The notes beneath the pieces were generated by a model. It was not told where the DNA came from. It saw nothing but the letters and a program-made list of their open reading frames with translations, and ran no database searches. The position numbers and the translations under genes were made by a program. DNA of 57,830 nucleotides, from contig JAQGDQ010001167.1 of NCBI GenBank assembly GCA_030141605.1, forward strand, positions 1 through 57,830, read 5' to 3'. This DNA is from Tubiluchus corallicola (taxonomy: Eukaryota > Animalia > Priapulida). Shown here one piece after another: positions 55,831 through 57,830 of this stretch. Positions within the stretch are counted from its first letter, which is position 1. Each line of letters opens with the position of its first letter.

Positions 55831-55966
55831 AATAAATAAATAAATGAATGAATGAATGAATGAATGAATGAATGAATGAATGAATGAATGAATGAATGAA
55901 TGAATGAATGAATGAATGAATGAATGAATGAATGAATGAATGAATGAATGAATGAATAAATAAATA
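55831..55966. repeat. (TGAA)n microsatellite flanked by TAAA units
   Basis: Direct reading. Confidence 0.95.
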
Positions 55967-56217
55967 AAAATTTACAAATAAAGCCCAGTTTAGGCCAATG
56001 CATCCTAATAAAAAACAGTTATATGAAACTACGTTAGTCACACGTATCACACAACCAATTTATCATAACTGATATTTAGTAATTAATATTTATAATATCA
56101 TAATTAATGTAACGTATTTAGTTGATTTACAACATTCTTCGTCTTCATCATTTTACATACAGTTAAGAATTTAAAATGAGTAAATTCGAAGATATTAAAA
56201 AGCTAGCAGATCCAAAG

Positions 56218-56627
56218 AATAAGCCTTTTTGCAGTTTTGTTGTGCGCACGTGCAGTTGCTGTAGGTCAAAGGTTAAGTGTACCACAGCAACGCGTTTTAG
56301 TTGCAACTGTCACGTGACATGTGTGTAAAGCAAAGCCTTCTGCCCCATCAGTTCAATAACTACTGTTGTTTTACGTGGACTTTACTTAATTATGCATTAG
56401 TCTGTAGAGTGATTTACTAGCAAAAATGAACTAGGTACGGTTCTAGCTAGCTGTGAAAACTGTTACTATTACAATAGCTTGTGTAGCGAGGCGTTGTCAA
56501 GTGTACACAAATGTTCACAAGAATATCACAAGATTTATTTATTTATTTGTAATCTAAATCGAATCCAATTTAACCTTTGACCTTTTCACGATCATCATCA
56601 ATCGCTGGAACTGTGAAAAGGCTTTTT
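56218..56627 (-). mobile_element. MITE family M1 copy 7 (inverted, small internal replacement)
   Basis: AATAAGCCTTTTTGCAGTT ... AACTGTGAAAAGGCTTTTT. Confidence 0.85.
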
Positions 56628-56840
56628 ATAAAATAGTCAAATTGCCTCTTTTGAGACAATTTGTAAACTAAATAGAATTCAGGTACATAGGCCAAACTAT
56701 TTATGTGGCTAAACAAGGCACAGTGTGCTTTCCTAGCATTATCTAATACATCCGGCTGCCATCGCTGCAACTCCGCTATCCGCGTGAATGTGCACAAGCC
56801 CTTACACTAATTCAGGCTAATTAGTTCAGTACGCTGTTTC

Positions 56841-57830
56841 CAGCGTTCAGACTAGCGAGTTTTCTGTCTCGCATTTTTCTCCGACAGACAGTGAACTGTT
56901 TTGCGAGTTACAGTCTGCAAGTTATTGCAAGCTCTCCCAGAGTTGCTGCGAGTTGATTTGATGTCTAGTGTAAACGCCTCGCAGCGAGTTACTGTCTGCA
57001 AGTTACTGCAAGCTCTCCCACAGTTGCTGCGAGTTGATTTGATGTCTAGTGTAAACGCCTCGCAGCCAGTTACTGTCTGCAATTTATTGCAAACTCTCCC
57101 ACAGTTGCTGCAAGTTGATTTAATGTCTAGTGTAAACGCCTCGCCGCGAGTTACTGTCTGCAAGTTACTGCAAACTCTCCCACAGTTGCTGCGAGTTGAT
57201 TTAATGTCTAGTGTGAACGCCTCGCCGCGAGTTACTGTCTGCAAGTTACTGCAAACTTACCCACAGTTGCTGCGAGTTGATTTAATGTCTAGTGTGAACG
57301 CCTCGCAGCGAGTTACTGTCTGCAAGTTACTGCAAACTCTCCCACAGTTGCTGCGAGTTGATTTAATGTCTAGTGTAAACGCCTCGCCGCGAGTTACTGT
57401 CTGCAAGTCATTGCAAACTCTCCCACAGTTGCTGCGAGTTGATTTACTGTCTAGTGTGAACGCCTCGGCGAGTTACTGTCAGCAAGTTACTGCAAACTTT
57501 CCCACAGTTGCTGCGAGTTGATTTAATGTCTAGTGTGAACGCCTCGCATCGAGTTACTGTCTGCAAGTTACTGCAAACTCTCCCACAGTTGCTGCGAGTT
57601 GATTTAATGTCTAGTGTGAACGCCTCGCCGCGAGTTACTGTCTGCAAGTTACTGCAAACTTACCCACAGTTGCTGCGAGTTGATTTAATGTATAGTGTGA
57701 ACGCCTCGCAGCCCGTTACTGTCTGCAAGTTACTGCAAACTCTCCCACAGTTGCTGCGAGTTGATTTAATGTCTAGTGTAAACGCCTCGCCGCGAGTTAC
57801 TGTCTGCAAGTCATTGCAAACTCTCCCACA
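56841..57830 (+). repeat. 81-bp satellite array (at least 11 copies, runs off the window) inside a Harbinger-like element end
   Basis: Starts CAGCGTTCAGACTAGCGAG; the unit recurs every 81 nt, giving the 27-aa periodic ORFs. Confidence 0.93.

Noticed and set aside
56570-56797. Minus-strand ORF as the next upstream cyclase exon
   Set aside because: No similarity to the expected PAS/HNOBA sequence, and it overlaps a MITE.
56852-57647. ORFs with 27-aa repeats as a repeat protein
   Set aside because: They are a by-product of an 81-bp satellite, open on both strands, and begin inside a transposon-like end.

Overview
AT-rich, repeat-dense genomic DNA from an intron-bearing animal. A marine invertebrate is likely, but that is inferred only from the repeat types and TTAGGG-like tracts. 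There are no prokaryotic features, CRISPR arrays, rRNA genes or true tRNA genes. I reconstructed three protein-coding genes by hand from splice sites with matching phases. (1) A plus-strand gene with 7 exons (6405-16639, 417 aa visible, 5' end not found) encodes an orphan single-pass membrane protein with a Cys-containing ectodomain stub, TRAF-type PxQE motifs and an NPxY motif; one intron is probably GC-AG. (2) The 3' half of a minus-strand soluble guanylate cyclase-like gene (7 exons, 55637 down to 23405, 526 aa visible) lacks the first metal-binding Asp and has a long C-terminal tail. (3) An intronless 495-aa gene (49232-50719, +) is nested antisense in the 19.5-kb cyclase intron and encodes an acidic disordered N-terminus plus two alpha/beta repeats. 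The rest is a nearly complete but disabled RTE-clade LINE (1-2860), other LINE and hAT remnants, several MITE families (one with 7 copies; Kolobok-like, piggyBac-like and PIF/Harbinger-like types, the last carrying internal satellites), two tRNA-derived SINE copies, solo LTRs, and many micro- and minisatellites. The best candidates for new biology are the nested gene/cyclase pair and the orphan TNFR-like receptor with tandem STAT sites downstream. Both are hypotheses that need searches and expression data.
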